Shown here piece by piece: positions 1-15,000 of a stretch of DNA of 64,000 bases. The number at the start of each line of letters is the position of its first letter. Positions within the stretch are counted from its first letter, which is position 1. The DNA lies in assembly GCA_040954595.2 (NCBI GenBank), contig CM082592.2, forward strand, positions 11,379,912-11,443,911, written 5' to 3'. The notes under the pieces are model-generated. The model did no database searches. It saw only the letters and a list, made by a program, of their open reading frames with translations, and was not told where the DNA came from. Source of the DNA: Balanoglossus misakiensis. Its lineage: Eukaryota; Animalia; Hemichordata. Both the position numbers and the translations under genes were made by a program.

Positions 1-3000
1 GAATTTCGGAGAGTATTTGGTCATTTTTGAAAAAAAACATGGGTTATAGCTCAGGAAAATGTCGAAAAATCGTTTTCGTGAGAAATTGGTCATTTTTGAA
101 AAAAACATGGGTTATAGCTCAGGAAAATGTCGAAAAATCGAGGATTTTTCGACTTTGCGAATTTTCAAATTTGTCATTTTTTGAAAAAACCATGGGTTAT
201 AGCTCAGGAAAATGTCGAAAAATCGAGGATTTTTCGACTTTGCGAATTTTCAAAATTTGGTCATTTTTTGAAAAAACCATGGGTTATAGCTCAGGAAAAA
301 TGTCGAAAAATCGAGGATTTTCGACTTTGCGAATTTTCAAAATTTGGTCATTTTTTGAAAAACCATGGGTTATAGCTCAGGAAAATGTCGGAAAAATCGA
401 GGATTTTTCGACTTTGCGAATTTTCAAAATTTGGTCATTTTTTGAAAAAACCATGGGTTATAGCTCAGGAAAATGTCGAAAAATCGAGGATTTTTCGACT
501 TTGCGAATTTTCAAAATTTGGTCATTTTTTGAAAAAACCATGGGTTATAGCTCAGGAAAATCGTGAAAAATCGAGGATTTTCGACTTTGCGAATTTTCAA
601 AATTTGGTCATTTTTTGAAAAAACCATGGGTTATAGCTCAGGAAAATGTCGAAAAATCGAGGATTTTTCGACTTTGCGAATTTTCAAAATTTGGTCATTT
701 TTTGAAAAAACCATGGGTTATAGCTCAGGAAAATGTCGAAAAATCGAGGATTTTTCGACTTTGCGAATTTTCAAAATTTGGTCATTTTTTGAAAAAACCA
801 TGGGTTATAGCTCAGGAAAATGTCGAAAATCGAGGATTTTTCGACTTTGCGAATTTTCAAAAATTTGGTCATTTTTTGAAAAACCATGGTTATAGCTCAG
901 GAAAATGTCGAAAAATCGAGGATTTTTCGACTTTGCGAATTTTCAAAATTTGGTCATTTTTTGAAAAACCATGGGTTATAGCTCAGGAAAATGTCGAAAA
1001 ATCGAGGATTTTTCGACTTTGCGAATTTTCAAAATTTGGTCATTTTTTGAAAAAACCATGGGTTATAGCTCAGGAAAATGTCGAAAAATCGAGGATTTTT
1101 CGACTTTGCGAATTTTCAAAATTTGGTCATTTTTGAAAAAACCATGGGTTATAGCTCAGGAAAATGACGAAAAATCGAGGATTTTTCGACTTTGCGAATT
1201 TTCAAAATTTGGTCATTTTTGAAAAAACCATGGGTTATAGCTCAGGAAAATGTCGAAAAATCGAGGATTTTTCGACTTTGCGAATTTTCAAAATTTGGTC
1301 ATTTTTTGAAAAACCATGGGTTATAGCTCAGGAAAATCGTGAAAAATCGAGGATTTTTCGACTTTGCGAATTTTCAAAATTTGGTCATTTTTTGAAAAAA
1401 CCATGGGTTATAGCTCAGGAAAATGTCGAAAAATCGAGGATTTTTCGACTTTGCGAATTTTCAAAATTTGGTCATTTTTTGAAAAAACCATGGGTTATAG
1501 CTCAGGAAAATGTCGAAAAATCGAGGATTTTTCGACTTTGCGAATTTTCAAAATTTGGTCATTTTTTGAAAAAACCATGGGTTATAGCTCAGGAAAATGA
1601 CGAAAAATCGAGGATTTTTCGACTTTGCGAATTTTCAAAATTTGGTCATTTTTTGAAAAAACCATGGGTTATAGCTCAGGAAAATGTCGAAAAATCGAGG
1701 ATTTTTCGACTTTGCGAATTTTCAAAATTTGGTCATTTTTTGAAAAAACCATGGGTTTATAGCTCAGGAAATCGAGAAAATCGAGGATTTTTCGACTTTG
1801 CGAATTTTCAAAATTTGGTCATTTTTGAAAAAACCATGGGTTATAGCTCAGGAAAATCGTGAAAAATCGAGGATTTTTCGACTTTGCGAATTTTCAAAAT
1901 TTGGTCATTTTTTGAAAAAACCATGGGTTATAGCTCAGGAAAATGTCGAAAAATCGAGGATTTTTCGACTTTGCGAATTTTCAAAATTTGGTCATTTTTT
2001 TGAAAAAACCATGGGTTATAGCTCAGGAAAATGTCGAAAAATCGAGGATTTTTCGACTTTGCGAATTTTCAAAATTTGGTCATTTTTTGAAAAACCATGG
2101 GTTATAGCTCAGGAAAATGTCGAAAAATCGAGGATTTTTCGACTTTGCGAATTTTCAAAATTTGGTCATTTTTTGAAAAAACCATGGGTTATAGCTCAGG
2201 AAAATGTCGAAAATCGAGGATTTTTCGACTTTGCGAATTTTCAAAATTTGGTCATTTTTTGAAAAAAAACATGGGTTATAGCTCAGGAAAATGTCGAAAA
2301 ATCGAGGATTTTTCGACTTTGCGAATTTTCAAAATTTGGTCATTTTTTGAAAAAAAACATGGGTTATAGCTCAGGAAAATGTCGAAAAATCGAGGATTTT
2401 TCGACTTTGCGAATTTTCAAAATTTGGTCATTTTTTGAAAAACCATGGGTTATAGCTCAGGAAAATGTCGAAAAATCGAGGATTTTTCGACTTTGCGAAT
2501 TTTCAAATTTGGTCATTTTTTGAAAAAACCATGGGTTATAGCTCAGGAAAATGTCGAAAAATCGAGGATTTTTCGACTTTGCGAATTTTCAAAATTTGGT
2601 CATTTTTTGAAAAAACCATGGGTTATAGCTCAGGAAAATGTCGAAAAATCGAGGATTTTTCGACTTTGCGAATTTTCAAAATTTGGTCATTTTTTGAAAA
2701 AACCATGGGTTATAGCTCAGGAAAATCGTGAAAAATCGAGGATTTTTCGACTTTGCGATTTTCAAAATTGGTCATTTTTTGAAAATAACCATGGGTTATA
2801 GCTCAGGAAAATGTCGAAAAATCGAGGATTTTTCGACTTTGCGAATTTTCAAAATTTGGTCATTTTTTGAAAAAACCATGGGTTATAGCTCAGGAAAATG
2901 TCGAAAAATCGAGGATTTTTCGACTTTGCGAATTTTCAAAATTTGGTCATTTTTTGAAAAAACCATGGGTTATAGCTCAGGAAAATGTCGAAAAATCGAG

Positions 3001-6000
3001 GATTTTTCGACTTTGCGAATTTTCAAAATTTGGTCATTTTTTGAAAAACCATGGGTTATAGCTCAGGAAATGTCGAAAAATCGAGGATTTTTCGACTTTG
3101 CGAATTTTCAAAATTTGGTCATTTTTTGAAAAAACCATGGGTTATAGCTCAGGAAAATGTCGAAAAATCGAGGATTTTTCGACTTTGCGAATTTTCAAAA
3201 TTTGGTCATTTTTTGAAAAACCATGGGTTATAGCTCAGGAAAATGTCGAAAAATCGAGGATTTTTCGACTTTGCGAATTTTCAAAATTTGGTCATTTTTT
3301 GAAAAAACCATGGGTTATAGCTCAGGAAAATGTCGAAAAATCGAGGATTTTTCGACTTTGCGAATTTTCAAAATTTGGTCATTTTTTGAAAAAACCATGG
3401 GTTATAGCTCAGGAAAATGTCGAAAAATCGAGGATTTTTCGACTTTGCGAATTTTCAAAATTTGGTCATTTTTTGAAAAAACCATGGGTTATAGCTCAGG
3501 AAAATGTCGAAAAATCGAGGATTTTTCGACTTTGCGAATTTTCAAAATTTGGTCATTTTTTGAAAAAACCATGGGTTATAGCTCAGGAAAATCGTGAAAA
3601 ATCGAGGATTTTTCGACTTTGCGAATTTTCAAAATTTGGTCATTTTTTGAAAAAACCATGGGTTATAGCTCAGGAAAATGTCGAAAAATCGAGGATTTTT
3701 CGACTTTGCGAATTTTCAAAATTTGGTCATTTTTTGAAAAAAAACATGGGTTATAGCTCAGGAAAATGTCGAAAAATCGAGGATTTTTCGACTTTGCGAA
3801 TTTTCAAAATTTGGTCATTTTTTGAAAAAAAACATGGGTTATAGCTCAGGAAAATGTCGAAAAATCGAGGATTTTTCGACTTTGCGAATTTTCAAAATTT
3901 GGTCATTTTTTGAAAAAACCATGGGTTATAGCTCAGGAAAATGTCGAAAAATCGAGGATTTTTCGACTTTGCGAATTTTCAAAATTTGGTCATTTTTTGA
4001 AAAAACCATGGGTTATAGCTCAGGAAAATGTCGAAAAATCGAGGATTTTTCGACTTTGCGAATTTTCAAAATTTGGTCATTTTTTGAAAAAACCATGGGT
4101 TATAGCTCAGGAAAATCGTGAAAAATCGAGGATTTTTCGACTTTGCGAATTTTCAAAATTTGGTCATTTTTTGAAAAAACCATGGGTTATAGCTCAGGAA
4201 AATCGTGAAAAATCGAGGATTTTTCGACTTTGCGAATTTTCAAAATTTGGTCATTTTTTGAAAAAACCATGGGTTATAGCTCAGGAAAATCGTGAAAAAT
4301 CGAGGATTTTTCGACTTTGCGAATTTTCAAAATTTGGTCATTTTTTGAAAAAACCATGGGTTATAGCTCAGGAAAATCGTGAAAAATCGAGGATTTTTCG
4401 ACTTTGCGAATTTTCAAAATTTGGTCATTTTTTGAAAAAACCATGGGTTATAGCTCAGGAAAATGTCGAAAAATCGAGGATTTTTCGACTTTGCGAATTT
4501 TCAAAATTTGGTCATTTTTTGAAAAAACCATGGGTTATAGCTCAGGAAAATGTCGAAAAATCGAGGATTTTTCGACTTTGCGAATTTTCAAAATTTGGTC
4601 ATTTTTTGAAAAAACCATGGGTTATAGCTCAGGAAAATGTCGAAAAATCGAGGATTTTTCGACTTTGCGAATTTTCAAAATTTGGTCATTTTTTGAAAAA
4701 ACCATGGGTTATAGCTCAGGAAAATGTCGAAAAATCGAGGATTTTCGACTTTGCGAATTTTCAAAATTTGGTCATTTTTTGAAAAAACCATGGGTTATAG
4801 CTCAGGAAAATGTCGAAAAATCGAGGATTTTTCGACTTTGCGAATTTTCAAAATTTGGTCATTTTTTGAAAAAACCATGGGTTATAGCTCAGGAAAATGT
4901 CGAAAAATCGAGGATTTTTCGACTTTGCGAATTTTCAAAATTTGGTCATTTTTTGAATAAACCATGGGTTATAGCTCAGGAAAATGACGAAAAATCGAGG
5001 ATTTTTCGACTTTGCGAATTTTCAAAATTTGGTCATTTTTTGAAAAAACCATGGGTTATAGCTCAGGAAAATGTCGAAAAATCGAGGATTTTTCGACTTT
5101 GCGAATTTTCAAAATTTGGTCATTTTTTGAAAAAACCATGGGTTATAGCTCAGGAAAATCGTGAAAAATCGAGGATTTTTCGACTTTGCGAATTTTCAAA
5201 ATTTGGTCATTTTTTGAAAAAACCATGGGTTATAGCTCAGGAAAATCGTGAAAAATCGAGGATTTTTCGACTTTGCGAATTTTCAAAATTTGGTCATTTT
5301 TTGAAAAAACCATGGGTTATAGCTCAGGAAAATGTCGAAAAATCGAGGATTTTTCGACTTTGCGAATTTTCAAAATTTGGTCATTTTTTGAAAAAACCAT
5401 GGGTTATAGCTCAGGAAAATGTCGAAAAATCGAGGATTTTTCGACTTTGCGAATTTTCAAAATTTGGTCATTTTTTGAAAAAACCATGGGTTATAGCTCA
5501 GGAAAATGTCGAAAAATCGAGGATTTTTCGACTTTGCGAATTTTCAAAATTTGGTCATTTTTTGAAAAACCATGGGTTATAGCTCAGGAAAATGTCGAAA
5601 AAATCGAGGATTTTTCGACTTTGCGAATTTTCAAAATTTGGTCATTTTTTGAAAAAACCATGGGTTATAGCTCAGGAAAATGTCGAAAAATCGAGGATTT
5701 TTCGACTTTGCGAATTTTCAAAATTTGGTCATTTTTTGAAAAAACCATGGGTTATAGCTCAGGAAAATGTCGAAAAATCGAGGATTTTTCGACTTTGCGA
5801 ATTTTCAAAATTTGGTCATTTTTTGAAAAAACCATGGGTTATAGCTCAGGAAAATGACGAAAAATCGAGGATTTTTCGACTTTGCGAATTTTCAAAATTT
5901 GGTCATTTTTTGAAAAAAACCATGGGTTATAGCTCAGGAAAATGTCGAAAAATCGAGGATTTTTCGACTTTGCGAATTTTCAAAATTTGGTCATTTTTTG

Positions 6001-9000
6001 AAAAAACCATGGGTTATAGCTCAGGAAAATCGTGAAAAATCGAGGATTTTTCGACTTTGCGAATTTTCAAAATTTGGTCATTTTTTGAAAAAACCATGGG
6101 TTATAGCTCAGGAAAATCGTGAAAAATCGAGGATTTTTCGACTTTGCGAATTTTCAAAATTTGGTCATTTTTTGAAAAAACCATGGGTTATAGCTCAGGA
6201 AAATGTCGAAAAATCGAGGATTTTTCGACTTTGCGAATTTTCAAAATTTGGTCATTTTTTGAAAAAACCATGGGTTATAGCTCAGGAAAATGTCGAAAAA
6301 TCGAGGATTTTTCGACTTTGCGAATTTTCAAAATTTGGTCATTTTTGAAAAAACCATGGGTTATAGCTCAGGAAAATGTCGAAAAATCGAGGATTTTTCG
6401 ACTTTGCGAATTTTCAAAATTTGGTCATTTTTTGAAAAAACCATGGGTTATAGCTCAGGAAAATGTCGAAAAATCGAGGATTTTTCGACTTTGCGAATTT
6501 TCAAAATTTGGTCATTTTTTGAAAAAACCATGGGTTATAGCTCAGGAAAATGTCGAAAAATCGAGGATTTTTCGACTTTGCGAATTTTCAAAATTTGGTC
6601 ATTTTTTGAAAAAACCATGGGTTATAGCTCAGGAAAATGTCGAAAAATCGAGGATTTTTCGACTTTGCGAATTTTCAAAATTTGGTCATTTTTTGAAAAA
6701 ACCATGGGTTATAGCTCAGGAAAATGTCGAAAAATCGAGGATTTTTCGACTTTGCGAATTTTCAAAATTTGGTCATTTTTTGAAAAAACCATGGGTTATA
6801 GCTCAGGAAAATGACGAAAAATCGAGGATTTTTCGACTTTGCGAATTTTCAAAATTTGGTCATTTTTTGAAAAAAACCATGGGTTATAGCTCAGGAAAAT
6901 GTCGAAAAATCGAGGATTTTTCGACTTTGCGAATTTTCAAAATTTGGTCATTTTTTGAAAAAACCATGGGTTATAGCTCAGGAAAATGTCGAAAAATCGA
7001 GGATTTTTCGACTTTGCGAATTTTCAAAATTTGGTCATTTTTTGAAAAAACCATGGGTTATAGCTCAGGAAAATGACGAAAAATCGAGGATTTTTCGACT
7101 TTGCGAATTTTCAAAATTTGGTCATTTTTTGAAAAAACCATGGGTTATAGCTCAGGAAAATGTCGAAAAATCGAGGATTTTTCGACTTTGCGAATTTTCA
7201 AAATTTGGTCATTTTTTGAAAAAACCATGGGTTATAGCTCAGGAAAATCGTGAAAAATCGAGGATTTTTCGACTTTGCGAATTTTCAAAATTTGGTCATT
7301 TTTTGAAAAACCATGGGTTATAGCTCAGGAAAATCGTGAAAAATCGAGGATTTTTCGACTTTGCGAATTTTCAAAATTTGGTCATTTTTTGAAAAAAACC
7401 ATGGGTTATAGCTCAGGAAAATCGTGAAAAATCGAGGATTTTTCGACTTTGCGAATTTTCAAAATTTGGTCATTTTTTGAAAAAACCATGGGTTATAGCT
7501 CAGGAAAATGTCGAAAAATCGAGGATTTTTCGACTTTGCGAATTTTCAAAATTTGGTCATTTTTTGAAAAAACCATGGGTTATAGCTCAGGAAAATGTCG
7601 AAAAATCGAGGATTTTTCGACTTTGCGAATTTTCAAAATTTGGTCATTTTTGAAAAAAACCATGGGTTATAGCTCAGGAAAATGTCGAAAAATCGAGGAT
7701 TTTTCGACTTTGCGAATTTTCAAAATTTGGTCATTTTTTGAAAAAAACCATGGGTTATAGCTCAGGAAAATGTCGAAAAATCGAGGATTTTTCGACTTTG
7801 CTAATTTTCAAAATTTGGTCATTTTTTGAAAAAACCATGGGTTATAGCTCAGGAAAATGTCGAAAAATCGAGGATTTTTCGACTTTGCGAATTTTCAAAA
7901 TTTGGTCATTTTTTGAAAAAACCATGGGTTATAGCTCAGGAAAATGTCGAAAAATCGAGGATTTTTCGACTTTGCGAATTTTCAAAATTTGGTCATTTTT
8001 TGAAAAAACCATGGGTTATAGCTCAGGAAAATGTCGAAAAATCGAGGATTTTTCGACTTTGCGAATTTTCAAAATTTGGTCATTTTTTGAAAAAACCATG
8101 GGTTATAGCTCAGGAAAATGTCGAAAAATCGAGGATTTTTCGACTTTGCGAATTTTCAAAATTTGGTCATTTTTTGAAAAAAACCATGGGTTATAGCTCA
8201 GGAAAATGTCGAAAAATCGAGGATTTTTCGACTTTGCGAATTTTCAAAATTTGGTCATTTTTTGAAAATAACCATGGGTTATAGCTCAGGAAAATGTCGA
8301 AAAATCGAGGATTTTTCGACTTTGCGAATTTTCAAAATTTGGTCATTTTTTGAAAAAAACCATGGGTTATAGCTCAGGAAAATGTCGAAAAATCGAGGAT
8401 TTTTCGACTTTGCGAATTTTCAAAATTTGGTCATTTTTTGAAAAAACCATGGGTTATAGCTCAGGAAAATGTCGAAAAATCGAGGATTTTTCGACTTTGC
8501 GAATTTTCAAAATTTGGTCATTTTTTGAAAAAACCATGGTTATAGCTCAGGGAAAATGTCGAAAAATCGAGGATTTTTCGACTTTGCGAATTTTCAAAAT
8601 TTGGTCATTTTTTGAAAAAACCATGGGTTATAGCTCAGGAAAATGTCGAAAAATCGAGGATTTTTCGACTTTGCGAATTTTCAAAATTTGGTCATTTTTT
8701 GAAAAAACCATGGGTTATAGCTCAGGAAAATGTCGAAAAATCGAGGATTTTTCGACTTTGCGAATTTTCAAAATTTGGTCATTTTTTGAAAAAAACCATG
8801 GGTTATAGCTCAGGAAAATGTCGAAAAATCGAGGATTTTTCGACTTTGCGAATTTTCAAAATTTGGTCATTTTTTGAAAAAAACCATGGGTTATAGCTCA
8901 GGAAAATGTCGAAAAATCGAGGATTTTTCGACTTTGCGAATTTTCAAAATTTGGTCATTTTTTGAAAAAACCATGGGTTATAGCTCAGGAAAATGTCGAA

Positions 9001-12000
9001 AAATCGAGGATTTTTCGACTTTGCGAATTTTCAAAATTTGGTCATTTTTTGAAAAACCATGGGTTATAGCTCAGGAAAATGTCGAAAAATCGAGGATTTT
9101 CGACTTTGCGAATTTTCAAAATTTGGTCATTTTTTGAAAAAACCATGGGTTATAGCTCAGGAAAATGTCGAAAAATCGAGGATTTTTCGACTTTGCGAAT
9201 TTTCAAAATTTGGTCATTTTTTGAAAAAAACCATGGGTTATAGCTCAGGAAAATGTCGAAAAATCGAGGATTTTTCGACTTTGCGAATTTTCAAAATTTG
9301 GTCATTTTTTGAAAATAACCATGGGTTATAGCTCAGGAAAATGTCGAAAAATCGAGGATTTTTCGACTTTGCGAATTTTCAAAATTTGGTCATTTTTTGA
9401 AAAAAACCATGGGTTATAGCTCAGGAAAATGTCGAAAAATCGAGGATTTTTCGACTTTGCGAATTTTCAAAATTTGGTCATTTTTTGAAAAAACCATGGG
9501 TTATAGCTCAGGAAAATGTCGAAAAATCGAGGATTTTCGACTTTGCGAATTTTCAAAATTTGGTCATTTTTTGAAAAAACCATGGGTTATAGCTCAGGAA
9601 AATGTCGAAAAATCGAGGATTTTTCGACTTTGCGAATTTCAAAATTTGGTCATTTTTGGAAAAAACCATGGGTTATAGCTCAGGAAAATGTCGAAAAATC
9701 GAGGATTTTTCGACTTTGCGAATTTTCAAAATTTGGTCATTTTTTGAAAAAACCATGGGTTATAGCTCAGGAAAATGTCGAAAAATCGAGGATTTTTCGA
9801 CTTTGCGAATTTTCAAAATTTGGTCATTTTTTGAAAAAAACCATGGGTTATAGCTCAGGAAAATGTCGAAAAATCGAGGATTTTTCGACTTTGCGAATTT
9901 TCAAAATTTGGTCATTTTTTGAAAAAACCATGGGTTATAGCTCAGGAAAATGTCGAAAAATCGAGGATTTTTCGACTTTGCGAATTTTCAAAATTTGGTC
10001 ATTTTTTGAAAAAACCATGGGTTATAGCTCAGGAAAATGTCGAAAAATCGAGGATTTTCGACTTTGCGAATTTTCAAAATTTGGTCATTTTTTGAAAAAA
10101 CCATGGGTTATAGCTCAGGAAAATGTCGAAAAATCGAGGTTTTTTCGACTTTGCGAATTTTCAAAATTTGGTCATTTTTGAAAAAAACCGTGGGTTATAG
10201 CTCAGGAAAATGTCGAAAAATCGAGGATTTTTCGACTTTGCGAATTTTCAAAATTTGGTCATTTTTTGAAAAAACCATGGGTTATAGCTCAGGAAAATCG
10301 TGAAAAATCGAGGATTTTTCGACTTTGCGAATTTTCAAAATTTGGTCATTTTTGAAAAAAACCATGGGTTATAGCTCAGGAAAATGTCGAAAAATCGAGG
10401 ATTTTTCGACTTTGCGAATTTTCAAAATTTGGTCATTTTTTGAAAAAAACCATGGGTTATAGCTCAGGAAAATGTCGAAAAATCGAGGATTTTTCGACTT
10501 TGCGAATTTTCAAAATTTGGTCATTTTTTGAAAAAAACCATGGGTTATAGCTCAGGAAAATGTCGAAAAATCGAGGATTTTTCGACTTTGCGAATTTTCA
10601 AAATTTGGTCATTTTTTGAAAAAAACCATGGGTTATAGCTCAGGAAAATGTCGAAAAATCGAGGATTTTTCGACTTTGCGAATTTTTCAAAATTTGGTCA
10701 TTTTTGAAAAAACCATGGGTTATAGCTCAGGAAAATGTCGAAAAATCGAGGATTTTTCGACTTTGCGAATTTTCAAAATTTGGTCATTTTTGAAAAACCA
10801 TGGGTTATAGCTCAGGGAAAATGTCGAAAAATCGAGGATTTTTCGACTTTGCGAATTTTCAAAATTTGGTCATTTTTTGAAAAAACCATGGGTTATAGCT
10901 CAGGAAAATGTCGAAAAATCGAGGATTTTTCGACTTTGCGAATTTTCAAAATTTGGTAATTTTTTGAAAAAAACCATGGGTTATAGCTCAGGAAAATGTC
11001 GAAAAATCGAGGATTTTTCGACTTTGCGAATTTTCAAAATTTGGTCATTTTTTGAAAAAACCATGGGTTATAGCTCAGGAAAATGTCGAAAATCGAGGAT
11101 TTTTCGACTTTGCGAATTTTCAAAATTTGGTCATTTTTTGAAAAAACCATGGGTTATAGCTCAGGAAAATGTCGAAAAATCGAGGATTTTTCGACTTTGC
11201 GAATTTTCAAAATTTGGTCATTTTTTGAAAAAAACCGTGGGTTATAGCTCAGGAAAATGTCGAAAAATCGAGGATTTTTCGACTTTGCGAATTTTCAAAA
11301 TTTGGTCATTTTTTGAAAAAAACCATGGGTTATAGCTCAGGAAAATGTCGAAAAATCGAGGATTTTTCGACTTTGCGAATTTTCAAAATTTGGTCATTTT
11401 TGAAAAAAACCATGGGTTATAGCTCAGGAAAATGTCGAAAAATCGAGGATTTTTCGACTTTGCGAATTTTCAAAATTTGGTCATTTTTTGAAAAAAACCA
11501 TGGTTATAGCTCAGGAAAATGTCGAAAAATCGAGGATTTTTCGACTTTGCGAATTTTCAAAATTTGGTCATTTTTGAAAAAAACCATGGGTTATAGCTCA
11601 GGAAAATGTCGAAAAATCGAGGATTTTTCGACTTTGCGAATTTTCAAAATTTGGTCATTTTTTGAAAAAACCATGGGTTATAGCTCAGGAAAATGTCGAA
11701 AAATCGAGGATTTTTCGACTTTGCGAATTTTCAAAATTTGGTCATTTTTTGAAAAAACCATGGGTTATAGCTCAGGAAAATGTCGAAAAATCGAGGATTT
11801 TTCGACTTTGCGAATTTTCAAAATTTGGTAATTTTTTGAAAAAACCATGGGTTATAGCTCAGGAAAATGTCGAAAAATCGAGGATTTTTCGACTTTGCGA
11901 ATTTTCAAAATTTGGTAATTTTTTGAAAAAACCATGGGTTATAGCTCAGGAAAATGGTGAAAAATCGAGGATTTTCGACTTTGCGAATTTTCAAAATTTG

Positions 12001-15000
12001 GTCATTTTTGAAAAAAACCATGGGTTATAGCTCAGGAAAATGTCGAAAAATCGAGGATTTTTCGACTTTGCGAATTTTCAAAATTTGGTCATTTTTTGAA
12101 AAAACCATGGGTTATAGCTCAGGAAAATCGTGAAAAATCGAGGATTTTTCGACTTTGCGAATTTTCAAAATTTGGTCATTTTTTGAAAAAAACCATGGGT
12201 TATAGCTCAGGAAAATGTCGAAAAATCGAGGATTTTTCGACTTTGCGAATTTTCAAAATTTGGTCATTTTTTGAAAAAAACCATGGGTTATAGCTCAGGA
12301 AAATGTCGAAAAATCGAGGATTTTTCGACTTTGCGAATTTTCAAAATTTGGTCATTTTTTGAAAAAAACCATGGGTTATAGCTCAGGAAAATGTCGAAAA
12401 ATCGAGGATTTTTCGACTTTGCGAATTTTCAAAATTTGGTCATTTTTTGAAAAAAACCATGGGTTATAGCTCAGGAAAATGTCGAAAAATCGAGGATTTT
12501 TCGACTTTGCGAATTTTCAAAATTTGGTCATTTTTTGAAAAAACCATGGGTTATAGCTCAGGAAAATGTCGAAAAATCGAGGATTTTTCGACTTTGCGAA
12601 TTTTCAAAATTTGGTCATTTTTTGAAAAAACCATGGGTTATAGCTCAGGAAAATGTCGAAAATCGAGGATTTTACGACTTTGCGAATTTTCAAAATTTGG
12701 TCATTTTTTGAAAAAACCATGGGTTATAGCTCAGGAAAATGTCGAAAAATCGAGGATTTTTCGACTTTGCGAATTTTCAAAATTTGGTCATTTTTTGAAA
12801 AAAACCATGGGTTATAGCTCAGGAAAATGTCGAAAAATCGAGGATTTTACGACTTTGCGAATTTTCAAAATTTGGTCATTTTTTGAAAAAACCATGGGTT
12901 ATAGCTCAGGAAAATGTCGAAAAATCGAGGATTTTTCGACTTTGCGAATTTTCAAAATTTGGTCATTTTTTGAAAAAACCATGGGTTATAGCTCAGGAAA
13001 ATCGTGAAAAATCGAGGATTTTTCGACTTTGCGAATTTTCAAAATTTGGTCATTTTTTGAAAAAACCATGGGTTATAGCTCAGGAAAATGTCGAAAAATC
13101 GAGGATTTTTCGACTTTGCGAATTTCAAAATTTGGTAATTTTTTGAAAAAACCATGGGTTATAGCTCAGGAAAATGTCGAAAAATCGAGGATTTTTCGAC
13201 TTTGCGAATTTTCAAAAATTTGGTAATTTTTTGAAAAAACCATGGGTTATAGCTCAGGAAAATGGTGAAAAATCGAGGATTTTTCGACTTTGCGAATTTT
13301 CAAAATTTGGTCATTTTTTGAAAAAAACCATGGGTTATAGCTCAGGAAAATGTCGAAAAATCGAGGATTTTTCGACTTTGCGAATTTTCAAAATTTGGTC
13401 ATTTTTTGAAAAACCATGGGTTATAGCTCAGGAAAATCGTGAAAAATCGAGGATTTTTCGACTTTGCGAATTTTCAAAATTTGGTCATTTTTTGAAAAAA
13501 ACCATGGGTTATAGCTCAGGAAAATGTCGAAAAATCGAGGATTTTTCGACTTTGCGAATTTTCAAAATTTGGTCATTTTTTGAAAAAAACCATGGGTTAT
13601 AGCTCAGGAAAATGTCGAAAAATCGAGGATTTTTCGACTTTGCGAATTTTCAAAATTTGGTCATTTTTTGAAAAAAACCATGGGTTATAGCTCAGGAAAA
13701 TGTCGAAAAATCGAGGATTTTTCGACTTTGCGAATTTTCAAAATTTGGTCATTTTTTGAAAAAACCATGGGTTATAGCTCAGGAAAATGTCGAAAAATCG
13801 AGGATTTTTCGACTTTGCGAATTTCAAAATTTGGTCATTTTTTGAAAAAAACCATGGGTTATAGCTCAGGAAAATGTCGAAAAATCGAGGATTTTTCGAC
13901 TTTGCGAATTTTCAAAATTTGGTCATTTTTTGAAAAAAACCATGGGTTATAGCTCAGGAAAATGTCGAAAAATCGAGGATTTTTCGACTTTGCGAATTTT
14001 CAAAATTTGGTCATTTTTTGAAAAAAACATGGGTTATAGCTCAGGAAAATGTCGAAAAATCGAGGATTTTTCGACTTTGCGAATTTTCAAAATTTGGTCA
14101 TTTTTTGAAAAAACCATGGGTTATAGCTCAGGAAAATGTCGAAAAATCGAGGATTTTTCGACTTTGCGAATTTTCAAAATTTGGTCATTTTTTGAAAAAA
14201 ACCGTGGGTTATAGCTCAGGAAAATGTCGAAAAATCGAGGATTTTTCGACTTTGCGAATTTTCAAAATTTGGTCATTTTTTGAAAAAACCATGGGTTATA
14301 GCTCAGGAAAATGTCGAAAAATCGAGGATTTTTCGACTTTGCGAATTTTCAAAATTTGGTCATTTTTTGAAAAAAACCATGGGTTATAGCTCAGGAAAAT
14401 GTCGAAAAATCGAGGATTTTTCGACTTTGCGAATTTTCAAAATTTGGTCATTTTTTGAAAAAAACCATGGGTTATAGCTCAGGAAAATGTCGAAAAATCG
14501 AGGATTTTTCGACTTTGCGAATTTTCAAAATTTGGTCATTTTTTGAAAAAACCATGGGTTATAGCTCAGGAAAATGTCGAAAATCGAGGATTTTTCGACT
14601 TTGCGAATTTTCAAAATTTGGTCATTTTTTGAAAAAACCATGGGTTATAGCTCAGGAAAATGTCGAAAAATCGAGGATTTTTCGACTTTGCGAATTTTCA
14701 AAATTTGGTCATTTTTTGAAAAAAACCATGGGTTATAGCTCAGGAAAATGTCGAAAAATCGAGGATTTTTCGACTTTGCGAATTTTCAAAATTTGGTCAT
14801 TTTTTGAAAAAAACCGTGGGTTATAGCTCAGGAAAATGTCGAAAAATCGAGGATTTTTCGACTTTGCGAATTTTCAAAATTTGGTCATTTTTTGAAAAAA
14901 ACCATGGGTTATAGCTCAGGAAAATGTCGAAAAATCGAGGATTTTTCGACTTTGCGAATTTTCAAAATTTGGTCATTTTTTGAAAAAAACCATGGGTTAT

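Noticed and set aside
1-120. Aberrant first two monomers as a real array boundary
   Set aside because: Scrambled, indel-rich sequence at the very start looks more like a low-quality contig or read end.
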